Below the pieces are notes generated by a model that was given only the letters and a program-made list of their open reading frames with translations, searched no databases and had not been told where the DNA came from. This document shows, piece after piece, positions 53,801 to 64,000 of a stretch of 64,000 nt of DNA. This DNA comes from Balamuthia mandrillaris. Its lineage: Eukaryota. Each line of letters opens with the position of its first letter. The stretch's first letter is position 1. The stretch spans positions 124,001 through 188,000 of the forward strand of contig JAVKOQ020000061.1 in NCBI GenBank assembly GCA_031835245.2, in the 5' to 3' direction. The position numbers and the translations under genes are program-made.

Positions 53801-56152
53801 ATGTAGCCCCCTTCTCTCATTTCCTTCATGTGCTTTTCTTTTGGTCTCACGTTGTATATTATTGTGCAGCAATGGATAGCCTTGGAAGAGCGTGTGGAGG
53901 CCTTTGCCAACAGTACTAAAACCAAAAAGGCTGATGTTGACAAGTATCGCTTTCATATTGCTCTTCTTGATAACATTCTAGAGGTTTCCCCCTCCCTCTT
54001 TCCTCTCTTTCTCTTGTTCTTCTTCTTTGTTCTTCATTCTTCGTTCTTCTTCGTTCTAACCTGCCGAATGATATAAAACTAGCCCAAAGCAATAACCACC
54101 TATAAGGCCTCAAAAATTCGAGTTGGATGTTCCCTCTATGATGCGGACCAAGTGACCTCTCTGTTGGGCCTCTGCAACCATTCCCTTGTGAACGAGGCTC
54201 TTGACTTCTCAGCCTTTTCACGCTTGAGGGAGCTCAACTTATCGCGGAATAAGCTCACTTCTTTCTCTGCCAAAGAAGGATTGGGAGGATTGGAGATGCT
54301 GCCCTCCCTCCGCGTCCTTGACTTGTCCTCCAATAACATCAAAAGCTCGTTGAAAGAGGTAGCCAACTACCTGGACAAGTTCCTTTTACTGGTACAATGC
54401 TTCCTTTTGATCTTGTCCTTCTTTCTTCTTTTAAAATGTGCTTACGTGCTATCGAACAGGAATGCATTTGCTTGAGGGACAATCCCGTCATGAAAGGAAA
54501 GGATGCTCGCACCAAGCTCATCACACTTTTACCAAAGATGAAGGAGATAACGTACCCGTTGCGTGTCATCGACACAGAGATCTCCATCACCGAACGGGTT
54601 GATATCCTCAAGAATGCAGGCATCATCTCGGAGCAACAGGGCGCCGAACTCTTGAAGAATGCTATTCTGTTCCAACGCGTACCTCCAAACATTAATATTT
54701 ATACTTCGGAGCGCAGCAAGGTTTGTTCTTCCTTCTTACTTAACGCGTCTTTCTTTCTTCTTCACTTCTGTGTTCTACAAGATGCTTATACTGCGCTTTA
54801 CCTGGTGTTAGTTATGTGCATTGAACCTGAGTATGTCAATGTTGTACGAGATAGATCTCAGCCCTTACGTCAACTTGGAGGTGGTGTTGCTGCGCCACAA
54901 CAAGCTGCAACACTTGGCAGGCACCGGCATTGACTCCCTCAAAAGACTGCGAGTGTTGGACCTTCGGGACAACCTTTTGGGCAGCATGGAGGAGGTAGTC
55001 GTCTCTGCGGTGTCTGTGTTGCCAGGCCTGACCTCGTTAGGCATCGAGGGCAACAAGTTTTCGCCAAGAGAGACCAGCTCCACCTGGAGGAAGCAGTTCT
55101 TGGCTCTTATCCCTGACTTCCACAAGAAGCACTACCGACTGCAATACCTGGATGAAGCGGTCATCACTCCTCAAGAGATCGTTTTAGCGTTTGATATTAC
55201 TTCTGAAAATGCTGTCTTTGAGGTTGCTCTTATGCGTCAGGTCAGTAATGAAACCATTATCTTCTATGCTTGTCTGCTGACTCTATACTCATGTTATTTT
55301 TCCTTCTCGTATTCTCGCAGATGAAAGGAGCTGCAAAACTAACTATGGAGGAATTGGACTTGGCCAACTGCCAGCTTTCACACGCTCCGCTTTCACCCTT
55401 CCAAAACCTAACTAGCCTAAACCTCGCCAACAACAAGATAGAAAGCATTAAAGGTCTGTTGCAGCTATTCTTACTTCTAGAGCAATTTGAAACAAACCCC
55501 TCACTTGCTCAATATGTTTGCTGCAGAGGTCAACATTGCCAAGATGACAAAGCTGACGAGCTTGGACATAAGCAACAACAAACTGGGTGACCTCTCGGAG
55601 TTGGCTGCCACTATAACAAAGCTCAAATCCCTCTCACAGGTCAGCTGCATTTCCATCTGTGATTTCTTTTGAAAACATAAGCCAACAGCCTCTTACAAAT
55701 GTTATCAGGTGACGGCCATTGGGAATCCTTGTTTCCCCGTAGACACCACCGAGCATAGAAGTCAGCTGCTCTCTCTCCTCTTGCAATCAGCTGATCCTTT
55801 GAAATTTACTCTCAAGTCCTTGAACCGCTCACCCGTATCTACCATTGACATCGTACGTTCTCTCTCTTTGCCCTCTTGCCCTCCCCTCGTGCTCATCTTT
55901 CCTTGTTTAACAGTGCACAAGCTTGGCCGAGTCCAAAGATGTGGATGTGCAAGCCATCCGCTTACAGCTTTGTTTGAGAGCACAGCAACTAAAGCCTTCC
56001 GACCCAACCAGCATCGTTTCATTGGATCTCTCGGCCAAGGGCTTTGTTGGTTTGGATGGCTTGCAAAACTTTGTGAACTTGACAAGGCTTGACCTCCAAC
56101 GGAATGCTCTCATTACAATCGAGGTACGTGCCTTAGCCGTTTGAGATAATAT

Positions 56153-56183
<31 letters not shown>

Positions 56184-56799
56184 CAGAGCGAAATGGAGTT
56201 CTGACACTTCTTTGCGGACCCTGCAGACAACTATCTTCCGACATCTACCTCAGCTGAGCTATTTGGACCTGCGGGAAAACGACCTACAGGAAGGAGTGGG
56301 CAAGATTTCTAAGGCCTTGGCCCACTGCCCTTCCCTGTCGGTGCTCTGCTTGAAGAACGCCACCAACGACAAGAAGCGGACGTGCTCCCCCAAGAACTAC
56401 GCCCACAAAGTGTTTAGCCTGCTGCCCTACCTTCAGATCCTCGACAACCTTCGCAACCCCTTTGGCAGTCCTCTCTCTTGGTTCCCTCCAACACGACCAT
56501 CAGAACAAGCACAACAACAGCTAACTCCAGACAAAGCAAAAGAGAAAGCCGAAGAGGCAGAAGAAGAAGAAGAAGAAGCTGTAAAAACCACAACAACAAA
56601 ACAAGGGAGACCAACAACAGGCAAGAGCAAAAGAGGGTACTCGGTGGCCACCATGAAGTTGCATCGGACCAAAGCACAAGAAGTGGCTAAGGCACAACAG
56701 CAATTGGAGGAAGGTGATGCCGCTTTGTCGCAGACGAATAACGATGCTGCTGAAGGAGAGGCTGTCACCGCCGCTGATGGTGAGAAAGAGCAGCCCTAA
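50856..56799 (+). CDS. Large leucine-rich-repeat protein with multiple LRR+LRRcap modules, many exons
   Basis: Repeated LxxLxLxxNxL motifs and NP...R...L..LD...I...ER caps across in-frame GT-AG introns; acidic/low-complexity termini. Confidence 0.85.
51580..51705. repeat. (TTCTTG)n/(TTC)n microsatellite in the first intron of the LRR gene
   Basis: Directly visible after the AAG|GTGAAC donor. Confidence 0.93.
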
Positions 56800-56846
56800 A
56801 ACCTCACCTTTCATTAATAATTGCCGTGGAATGTAACGTGCATTGC

Positions 56847-56890
<44 letters not shown>

Positions 56891-56924
56891 CTAAAGAACA
56901 AAAGAGAGACCAGAGATGGGCTGA

Positions 56925-58540
56925 TCAAGAAGCTGCTTCTTGTTCGTTTAGTAGAGAAGGAAGTGGAGGGAACATGCCCACCCCAATATCTTCCTGATGT
57001 TCAGCTAAAGTAGCGCCGCTACTGGGAAGGCTGTGCTTTGTGAGGAGTTGGGCTTGCAGCAACATACTAGATGCCAACGCTTGTCCTTTTAGCCCTAAAA
57101 AGTCTTTGGCCACGTTGAATGGCTTGCTGGTGGGTGTTGTAGTAATGGCGAATGTATCATCCGTGGTCGTGTTCTGGTGTTCTTTTTTGACGACGTTCTC
57201 TGTGGAGGAGGCATCGCAGTCGTGGGCGCGCTTGTGTCGGGCGAGAACATGCTTATGAGCAAACGCCAAGCCACAACCCGGATAAGGGCAGATATGTGGT
57301 CGTTCGTTTGCGTGGGCACTCTTGGTATGTTGGTTAAGGTTTCCTTTCTGTTTCAGAAAGATTTAGCACGCAAAAACGAACATAAAGAAAAAAAAGCAAG
57401 GCATAATGTTTACCTTTGTGTAGGACTTTCCGCAAAGATTGCAGGTAAAGAGAGGCTTATTGTCAGAATGTAGGGAAGCAATGTGTCTTTGAAGATTGGA
57501 ACGTTTGGTAAATGTTTGGGGGCATTGAGGGCAACTAATGCGCTCTTTTTCTGATGGGTGACTTTCTTTGATATGCCGTCGTAGTTCTGAGTGCTTTGTG
57601 AAGGCCTCTCCACAGTTCTCCCATCCGCACACGTGCTTCTTCTGTGCTGTTTTGTTAATGTGTAAGCACAAGAGTGAAGCGAAGAAAGTAAAACAAATAA
57701 CAAGAACAACAAAAGAGCAGAGCAGAGAGAATTAAGAACAAGAGGGAGGAGAGGTAATGTTACCTTTATGGACTGAATCTACGTGTCGCTTCAGCTGAGT
57801 GGGGTAGTCAAAGGCCTTGGGACAGCCCTCATAGGTGCAAGGATAGGGACTTTCCCCAGAGTGCTTGCAGAGGTGTCGCCAAAGCAGCCTGTGCTTGGAG
57901 AAGCGCTGGTTGCAGCCCTCATAGGTGCATGCATAGGGTTTGGCCTCCTCGTTGTTGTGGAGCAGCTGGTGCCGCCGCAGGTGCTGCTGAGTGAAAAAGG
58001 CCTTGCCACAACCCTCCTCCTCGCACTTGAATGGCTTTTGGCCGGTGTGGAACAGCTGGTGACGAGTAAGGTGGTGGCTGCGACGAAAACGTTTCCCGCA
58101 ACCGGCATAACCACACACAAAGGGTTTCTGTAACAGGGAGCGACAGGTTACAGTGAAGTTTGTTGGAAGGAGGAGAGAAACGAACAAAAGAGGAAGAGAA
58201 GAGGTACCTCTCCGGTGTGTGTGCGTTGGTGCTGCTCCAGTTTCGCTTTGCGATTGAAACGCTTTTCGCAGCCCTCAAAGTCGCAAGCCCATACTTTTCT
58301 CTTGTGTGAATTCTTCTCTTCTTCCTCCTCCGCCTCTACTTCCTCCTCTTCCTCTACCGCCTCTTCCTCCTCGAGTCGCTGCTCGTCGCTGCTGCAGGGC
58401 TCCGGCGAGGGCCGCCACATGGAGTTTTGGGCGGAGCTTCTTCTCTTTCGCTTGCTGCCCACCACCACAACAACAAGTTCTTCTTCTCTCCCTTCCGCCA
58501 TTCTGAGTGACGGGACTGTGGTCTTGACCAAATCCTCCAT
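56925..58540 (-). CDS. Nine-finger C2H2 protein, probable transcription factor IIIA; start codon uncertain
   Basis: Nine fingers counted after splicing (CDFEGC, CGYAGC, CEEEGC, CTYEGC twice, CGWENC, CPQC, CNLC, CPYPGC) with TGEKP/TGQKP linkers. Confidence 0.75.
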
Positions 58541-58690
58541 CTCAGCAGCTTGTACAGGTACCAGCTGGCCAAAGTGCGGGCGCGCGGCAGCGGCTGCAAG
58601 CACACCCCTTCCCCCTCCCTCTCCTTTGCAACAACCAGCTGCTGCTCTTCCCCAAGGACTGACTCCTCATACAAAATCAGTCCCAAATTC

Positions 58691-58765
58691 TGCCATACCC
58701 AGCCATTCCCAGCCATACCCAGCCATACCCATCCATGCCCAGCCATAGCCATCCATACCCAGCCA
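58691..58765. repeat. 10-bp minisatellite, consensus AGCCATACCC, about 7.5 copies
   Basis: tgccataccc agccattccc agccataccc agccataccc atccatgccc agccatagcc atccataccc agcca. Confidence 0.92.
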
Positions 58766-59346
58766 ACCTTATCCGTGCGTGCGGATCAAGGGGGTCTCTC
58801 TTCTGATTGGAAACCAAAGCCACTGCTCTGCTAGGACATCTGATCAGGGGTGAGAAGGGAGAAGATCAAAGAAGAAGCAGGAGGTTCACTTGCACCTTAA
58901 CCTTTCCTGAAGGTGCAAGCATGGCAAAGGAAGCCTGAAGAAGACTTGTTAATGTTTTAAAGCTTTTATTTTGTTTTGAGCTTCAGTGGTTGTTTTTAGA
59001 AGAAGAAGAAGACGAGAAGGAAAGGAGAGAAGGAAAGAACGAAAGAAAGAACTGTCTCATCTGTTCCTCAGAAGCGTTGCATGATGCATGAAATAATAAT
59101 GTCTTCATGTTGGAATGCCTGTGATTCCAAGTGCTCTAAGATTCTGCAATAGAATATATTCAAGTTGCCAACGTGCCTAGCAGACCCCATCACCAAAGTG
59201 CTAGAAACTCAGGTTAGCCTTGAGTGTCTCACCATTGCTTTGCTTCAACCGGCAGCAAAAAGAGTTGTTGATGTTTTGAGGGGAGGAAGTGGCCGTTAGA
59301 GCAGACTCGCTTGGCAAGGCTAGGGCCTACATCGGCGTGGCTGACG

Positions 59347-60297
59347 TCACGTTGTTGACGATGAACTTGTGGCAGCAACAACAGAAGTTGAGTGAGAGGT
59401 GGATACGGAAGGAGAGGAAGAGGTGACTGCTGTTGCATTAGAAGAGGCGGAGGTGGCAGCCGGAGGTGAGAGTAATGTTTCTGAGAGAAAGAGGGGAGTG
59501 GGGGACCAAGCCCTAAAGGTTGGAGAGGAAGGCATGGAGCCGAGGTACTGAGACGAGGGAGGGGGCATGTTGGTGTTTGCGGCAGCGAGCCGATGGTGAT
59601 GGTGATAGGCTTGTTGCTGCTGGACGCTCCACTTCATTTTCTGTTGCAGCTTTTCCAGCTTGAGCTGTTGCATTTCTCGCTTGAGTTCCAGGTGAGTGTC
59701 TCTTATCTCTTGGTTCACAGCTTTGATGTGTTGCAGCTCGTTGAGTATGGAGGTCAGCAGCTTTGCCTTGTGCTTAGACTCTGCGCTGTCATCATTGTTC
59801 GTGACCTCCTCTCCCGTTGTAGCAGTAGAAGTGTTCACAGAAGAGGAGGGAGCAAACGTCGTCGCAGCGGCAGAAGAAGGGGGAGCAGCAGGAGTTGTTG
59901 CACCGATTTTTGGTGTTGAACGCGGAGTGAGGTCCTCATAAGACAGTGGTCGAGGTTTAGTTTGTGTTGGGGAACGAGGAAGAGGTGAACGAGCAGAAGA
60001 GGCCTTCTGTTGCATTGATGATGCCTTTTGTGGTCGTTGTGGTGCCCTCCACTCTTGAAAGGAAGCGGAGGGAGCACCCGACACAGGGCTCTCGAATGGA
60101 GGATTAGCCGATCGATCTGGAGAGGTGAACCGCCGACGCTTGCCGTCCCCAGAGCGGCGCTCTCCCGTTGTGGCGGTGGTAGGGGCAGTTGACCCGTCGC
60201 TGCCGTCGCTTGGTTGCGCCGTCGCATCTGGCCTGCCCGTTGTGGCAGGGGGTTCACCGAACCTGCCGCCGCCATCATGCACCCGCTTCCTCTCCAT
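59347..60297 (-). CDS. Hypothetical low-complexity protein with a short coiled coil and NLS-like KRRR
   Basis: 316-aa ORF whose ATG follows a purine-rich leader; heptad segment LLTSILNELQHIKAVNQEIRDTHLELKREMQQLK. Confidence 0.6.
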   Translation of the reverse strand: MERKRVHDGGGRFGEPPATTGRPDATAQPSDGSDGSTAPTTATTGERRSGDGKRRRFTSPDRSANPPFESPVSGAPSASFQEWRAPQRPQKASSMQQKASSARSPLPRSPTQTKPRPLSYEDLTPRSTPKIGATTPAAPPSSAAATTFAPSSSVNTSTATTGEEVTNNDDSAESKHKAKLLTSILNELQHIKAVNQEIRDTHLELKREMQQLKLEKLQQKMKWSVQQQQAYHHHHRLAAANTNMPPPSSQYLGSMPSSPTFRAWSPTPLFLSETLLSPPAATSASSNATAVTSSSPSVSTSHSTSVVAATSSSSTT

Positions 60298-60881
60298 CTT
60301 TCTTTCTTTCTTTCTTTCTTTCTTCTAAAAGCCGAGTAGCACCTTCCCTACTACCCTCCCACACACTGAGTGTGTTTGGTTAAGAAAAAACGCACCGCAC
60401 CCCACTGCAGCTGGGTAGGGTTTGCACGGTTCAACCCACGTTCTCTCTCTTTGGGGGCAATGATGATGCCAAAAAAAGCAGCCATTAAAAAAAAAACGCG
60501 CAGGCCACGCTGCGCTCTGCTGACGTGTGCCCACCACAGAGAAGACGCACTTTGCCACCAGACCACAGGAGCTTTTTTTTGCCAGCCTTGCGCACCTGCT
60601 CCACGTTGAAAGTGTTATTAAGGAAGAGCCAAAGCGGGGCAGAAGCCTCTTCCGAGTGAGTCTCACGTCCAACTTGACAGGACCTGCTGCTGCTGCTGAC
60701 CCACACCCTCGCCCAACGTATGCCTCCAAGCCATGGAGATTGATGGGAGAGGGGTTTGCATCACGGAGTGAACTGTTTTGGTGTTTATTATCTTTAGTCA
60801 TGATAAAAGTTGTCCTTTCTTTGATGGGCGCTGGCCTTTCTTTGCATCACGATAATGGTGCGGAGAGCGATCAGGGCACCA

Positions 60882-62568
60882 TTACTGCTTGTTGTTGTTT
60901 TTAGTGTTAGGGTTGGTCGTCACGGATGGTATCTAGAATGAGTTGGGCTGTAGGAGTCACCTTTGGAGTGGTGGTGGACACCGACTCTTTCTCCACAGCC
61001 TTGTCCTTGCTCTCAGGCTCCTTTGCTGGGAATGGCGGTGTGGAGGAGTCTTCCTTCTGTTCTGTAGGTTTGGTCTCTTCCTTCACATCGTCATCCTCGT
61101 CCTTTGTTGCTTGGTCTTGCAGGCTGCCTCCCGTCTTCAAGTCAGGTGATTTTGCCTTGTATTCAATTATTTTGTCATAAAGCTCTTCAGCTTGTTCCTT
61201 ACGGCCAACCTGTTGTTGATGTAAGCACAGAAAAAGAAGAGAGAGAAACGAGATTTAGCGCACCCTTAATAGATAGGCAGATGGCTGCCCATTATCGAAG
61301 CTAGAAATGCGAACACCTTTCTCCTGAACTCGTTCACACACCATGGAAGGAAATAGAGGTGCGTTCAAAATCAACTTTAGAATGCCCTCCGTGCGCATCA
61401 CTTTTTTCAACAGATTGCACAGAAGTGAAGGAGGAGATACATGAGTGATGAGACGGGGTTTGGCAAAAACAAAGAGCGTGAGAGTGTTATGAATTACCAA
61501 GACGTGATTGGGTGGATTCTTGCGAAACATTGAGATGAAGTTGACCGACACCCCTTTCTTTCCATGCCTTGCTCGTGTTGTCCAGACCAAAGAGCCTGGC
61601 TCTGACCTAATGCCAGCGAGGCATGGTTCGCCAACGTCAGTAAGTTAAGCTGGTTTGCTATTGTTTGATCGTCATTAACATACCGTGTAAACGTGCCGCT
61701 CGCCTTCTTCTCCTGTGACAACGTCTACGGGTTTTAGTGGTGTAATAGTGCTTGGCTCCGTCTTAAGAGCGAGTGTATCAGTTGAAGTCGAAGAGGAAGC
61801 CTATAAAGGGTGCATGGCCAGTAAGCTAATCAGCAAGATGTTGCTGCAAGAACAAAAGACACGACAGAAAAAACACGGACACGGAAGAGAGAACAAGATC
61901 GAGTGGTCGTAGCGAAAGTTACCGATTTCAGCGGAGCAGCAATGTTTTGCCCAAAAATAGGAGAAGTGGAGCTTCCAGCAAGAGTGGAGGTCAGAGAAAA
62001 GCCTGTAGAAGTCAGCGAAGGACTACTCCCGAAGTTGAAGTTGAACGAAGGAACGGAAGAAGAGGAAGAAGAGGAGGAGCTGGTAAGTGAAGAAAAAGTT
62101 CCAAAAAGGGAAGAGCCAGAGGATGCTGATGTGGAGAAGTTAAAATTGAAGAGAGAGGACGAGGTGGTGGCACCAGCGGAGGAGCTAGAAGAAGAGGAGG
62201 CAGTGGAGAAATCAAAGTTGAAGAGAGGAGCAGTGGCGGGTTTGTCTTTCTTTGATTCTTTGTCCCCAGACTCCGTGGTGTTGGGTTTCCTGAAATTTAT
62301 TGTTAGTGCCCCTCCCGCAAGCAAGACCAACAAACGAAAGAAGAACAAGTCATGGCCGTACATGCGTTTGGAAGTCTGGTCCTGCTCCTCATTTTCGTTG
62401 TCCCCCGTGCTGGGTGCAGCGTCCTCCTGCTCCTTCACGTCCTCTTCAGCTCCCCTCTTTTTCGACGCTGAATAAATAAATGAAAGCACACCACAAACAT
62501 GCTCCGTCAGTTTTTTAAAAAAAACACACTCCCACGCCCCCACCCCACCCCACCCCCCACGTACCCAT
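60882..62568 (-). CDS. Nup50/Nup2-RanBP3-like protein (FxF repeats plus RanBP1 domain)
   Basis: ATG G|..|CG gives MASKKRGAEE; FNFDF/FNFNF repeats; VTGEEGE, RARLF, WKERGVGQLHLN, VMRTEGILKLILNAPLF. A final intron probably lies just before TAA (60882); the unspliced stop is at 60907. Confidence 0.85.
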
Positions 62569-63175
62569 TATTGTTATTTTTTCGTTTGGTTCTTCTCTCG
62601 CTACGCAAACCGTGAACTTCCAATTTCTCTCCTCCCTTCTCTTTCTTTTCTCCTCCTCCCGGAGCGAGCGAAGGGACAATTTTTTTTGGTTTGGGCGGGT
62701 GCTTGGGGGTTCAGTTGCGGACATGATTTCCTTTTTTTGAGGGAAGCTGCTGGAATCGAGGTCACAACGAGAAGGATTTGGTTAATTTGTGGCGTCGACA
62801 TTTTTCTTTTTTTCCTTCTTTTCTTTTCTCCGCTTCTTTTTTCTTCTTCGTTGTTGTTGTAGTTTGTTGCACTCTTCTTCCCCACCCTTCGGCAACGAGA
62901 GCGGCTCGTTGAAAGCGCAAAAAAAAAAAAAAAAGAACGTGTAGCGGCATTCACGCAACGGCTCTTTCTCCTCCTCTTTTTATTTATTTATCTCGAAAGC
63001 TCTAGCGCTTCGCTTGAACACGCAAGTTTCTTAACAAAAAAAAAAGTATGTAAAAATTATGGTGCACCATTTGATGTTCCCGCTGCTTTTCACGATGACA
63101 CAGCTCCCCTCATTGCATTGACTTACCACTCTTCCATTTTGTTACAAAAAAAAACACAGAAGAAAAAATTAAAAG

Positions 63176-64000
63176 ATGGGTTCCATCGAGGAGTTCGAAA
63201 CGCTGATCACACAGCTTATGTCCCCCGACAACAACTTGCGAGGACAAGCTGAGGCTACGTTCAATAATGCCGTTAAACAAGCTCCGGACCAACTGATCCT
63301 GTCCCTTGTTCAGTTGCTCCGTTCGTCCGGCAACCAACACGTTAGTATTTTACAACAACACTTAGAAACAAAAGCAAAAACAAAAAACGTCCTTCATACT
63401 TTCCGCTAAACCAATCGCAAAATGTGTAGGTTCGTGAGCTTAGTTGCATCTTGTTGCGAAAGACCCTGATCGGGAAGGCGGAGGAGAGCAACAAGCAGGA
63501 GGGCTTCTTCTGGCACAAGCTTTCTGCCACTACCCGCCAGGCCACAATGAACGAGCTCTTGGCTGCCGTTCAACAGGAAGAGCTGCCTTCCGTGAGGAAG
63601 AAGCTGGCCGACGCTATTTCGGAGTTGGCCCTCTTCCTGTCGGCCTACTGCTCTGAGGAGAGCATTCCTATTCAGCAGCAATGGTCCCAGTTGCTGCCCA
63701 CTTTGTTCCAGCTTTCCCGCTCGGAGAACGATAACCACCGCAAGAGCGCTCTGGATATGTTCTCCAAACTGTGCCTTTACCTTGGAGATTCTCTGCGAAC
63801 CAACTTTGATGTGCTGAAGGAAGTGCTCGCTTCTGGCCTCAAGGACCATAGCCTCCAAGTCCGTCTCTCCGCGTTGGGAGCTTCTGTGAGCTTTGTTCAA
63901 CTTTTGGACTCGCCCCAGGAGCGCGATGAGTTCAAGGATTTCATCCCACTGATGTTCGAGGTACTATCTCCTTTTTTTTTGTTGCTTCGTTTGCCATTCG
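63176..64000 (+). CDS. Importin-5 / karyopherin beta-3 (Pse1)-like, 5' part only
   Basis: LMSPDNNLRGQAEATFN, ILLRK, VRKKLADAISELA, WSQLLPTLFQ, VRLSAL HEAT repeats; continues past the window. Confidence 0.85.

Noticed and set aside
58691..58765. CRISPR array or telomeric repeat
   Set aside because: Contiguous 10-bp units with no spacers, in a eukaryotic internal location; not a TTAGGG-type repeat.
60325..60904. ORFs of 125-158 aa on both strands
   Set aside because: No recognisable motifs or splice support; more likely the 3' UTR of the Nup50-like gene and the promoter of the next gene.

Overview
Gene-dense eukaryotic nuclear DNA, not prokaryotic. It has short GT-AG introns (mostly 60-130 nt, many filled with TC/GA-type microsatellites), short intergenic spacers and many head-to-head gene pairs. 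Gene content (Roco kinase, Dlp/DRP5-type dynamin, TKL kinase) suggests a free-living amoebozoan such as Balamuthia or Acanthamoeba; this is inference only. About 25 protein-coding genes were assembled by hand across introns: TKL kinase, Dlp/DRP5 dynamin, small ubiquitin-fold protein, hypothetical gene, C2H2 protein, calmodulin/myosin-light-chain-like protein, bifunctional aspartokinase-homoserine dehydrogenase, Mic60, Atg13, RMI2, a Roco protein, Siw14-type phosphatase, Sly1, ASCC3, class I HDAC, a NELF-B-like protein, Sar1, TTC4/Cns1, MMTAG2, a large LRR protein, TFIIIA, a low-complexity ORF, a Nup50/RanBP1-domain protein and importin-5. No rRNA, tRNA, CRISPR array or transposon was recognised. 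Best leads: a Roco with a pseudokinase domain plus SAM-like and RA-like ends; a palindromic TGTCGACA motif clustered in promoters; a short NELF-B-like gene needing a GC-AG intron; an intron-containing ThrA-type fusion enzyme; and a protein with seven tandem LRR+LRRcap modules. CDS coordinates are start-to-stop spans that include introns. All family calls come from motif recognition, with no database search.
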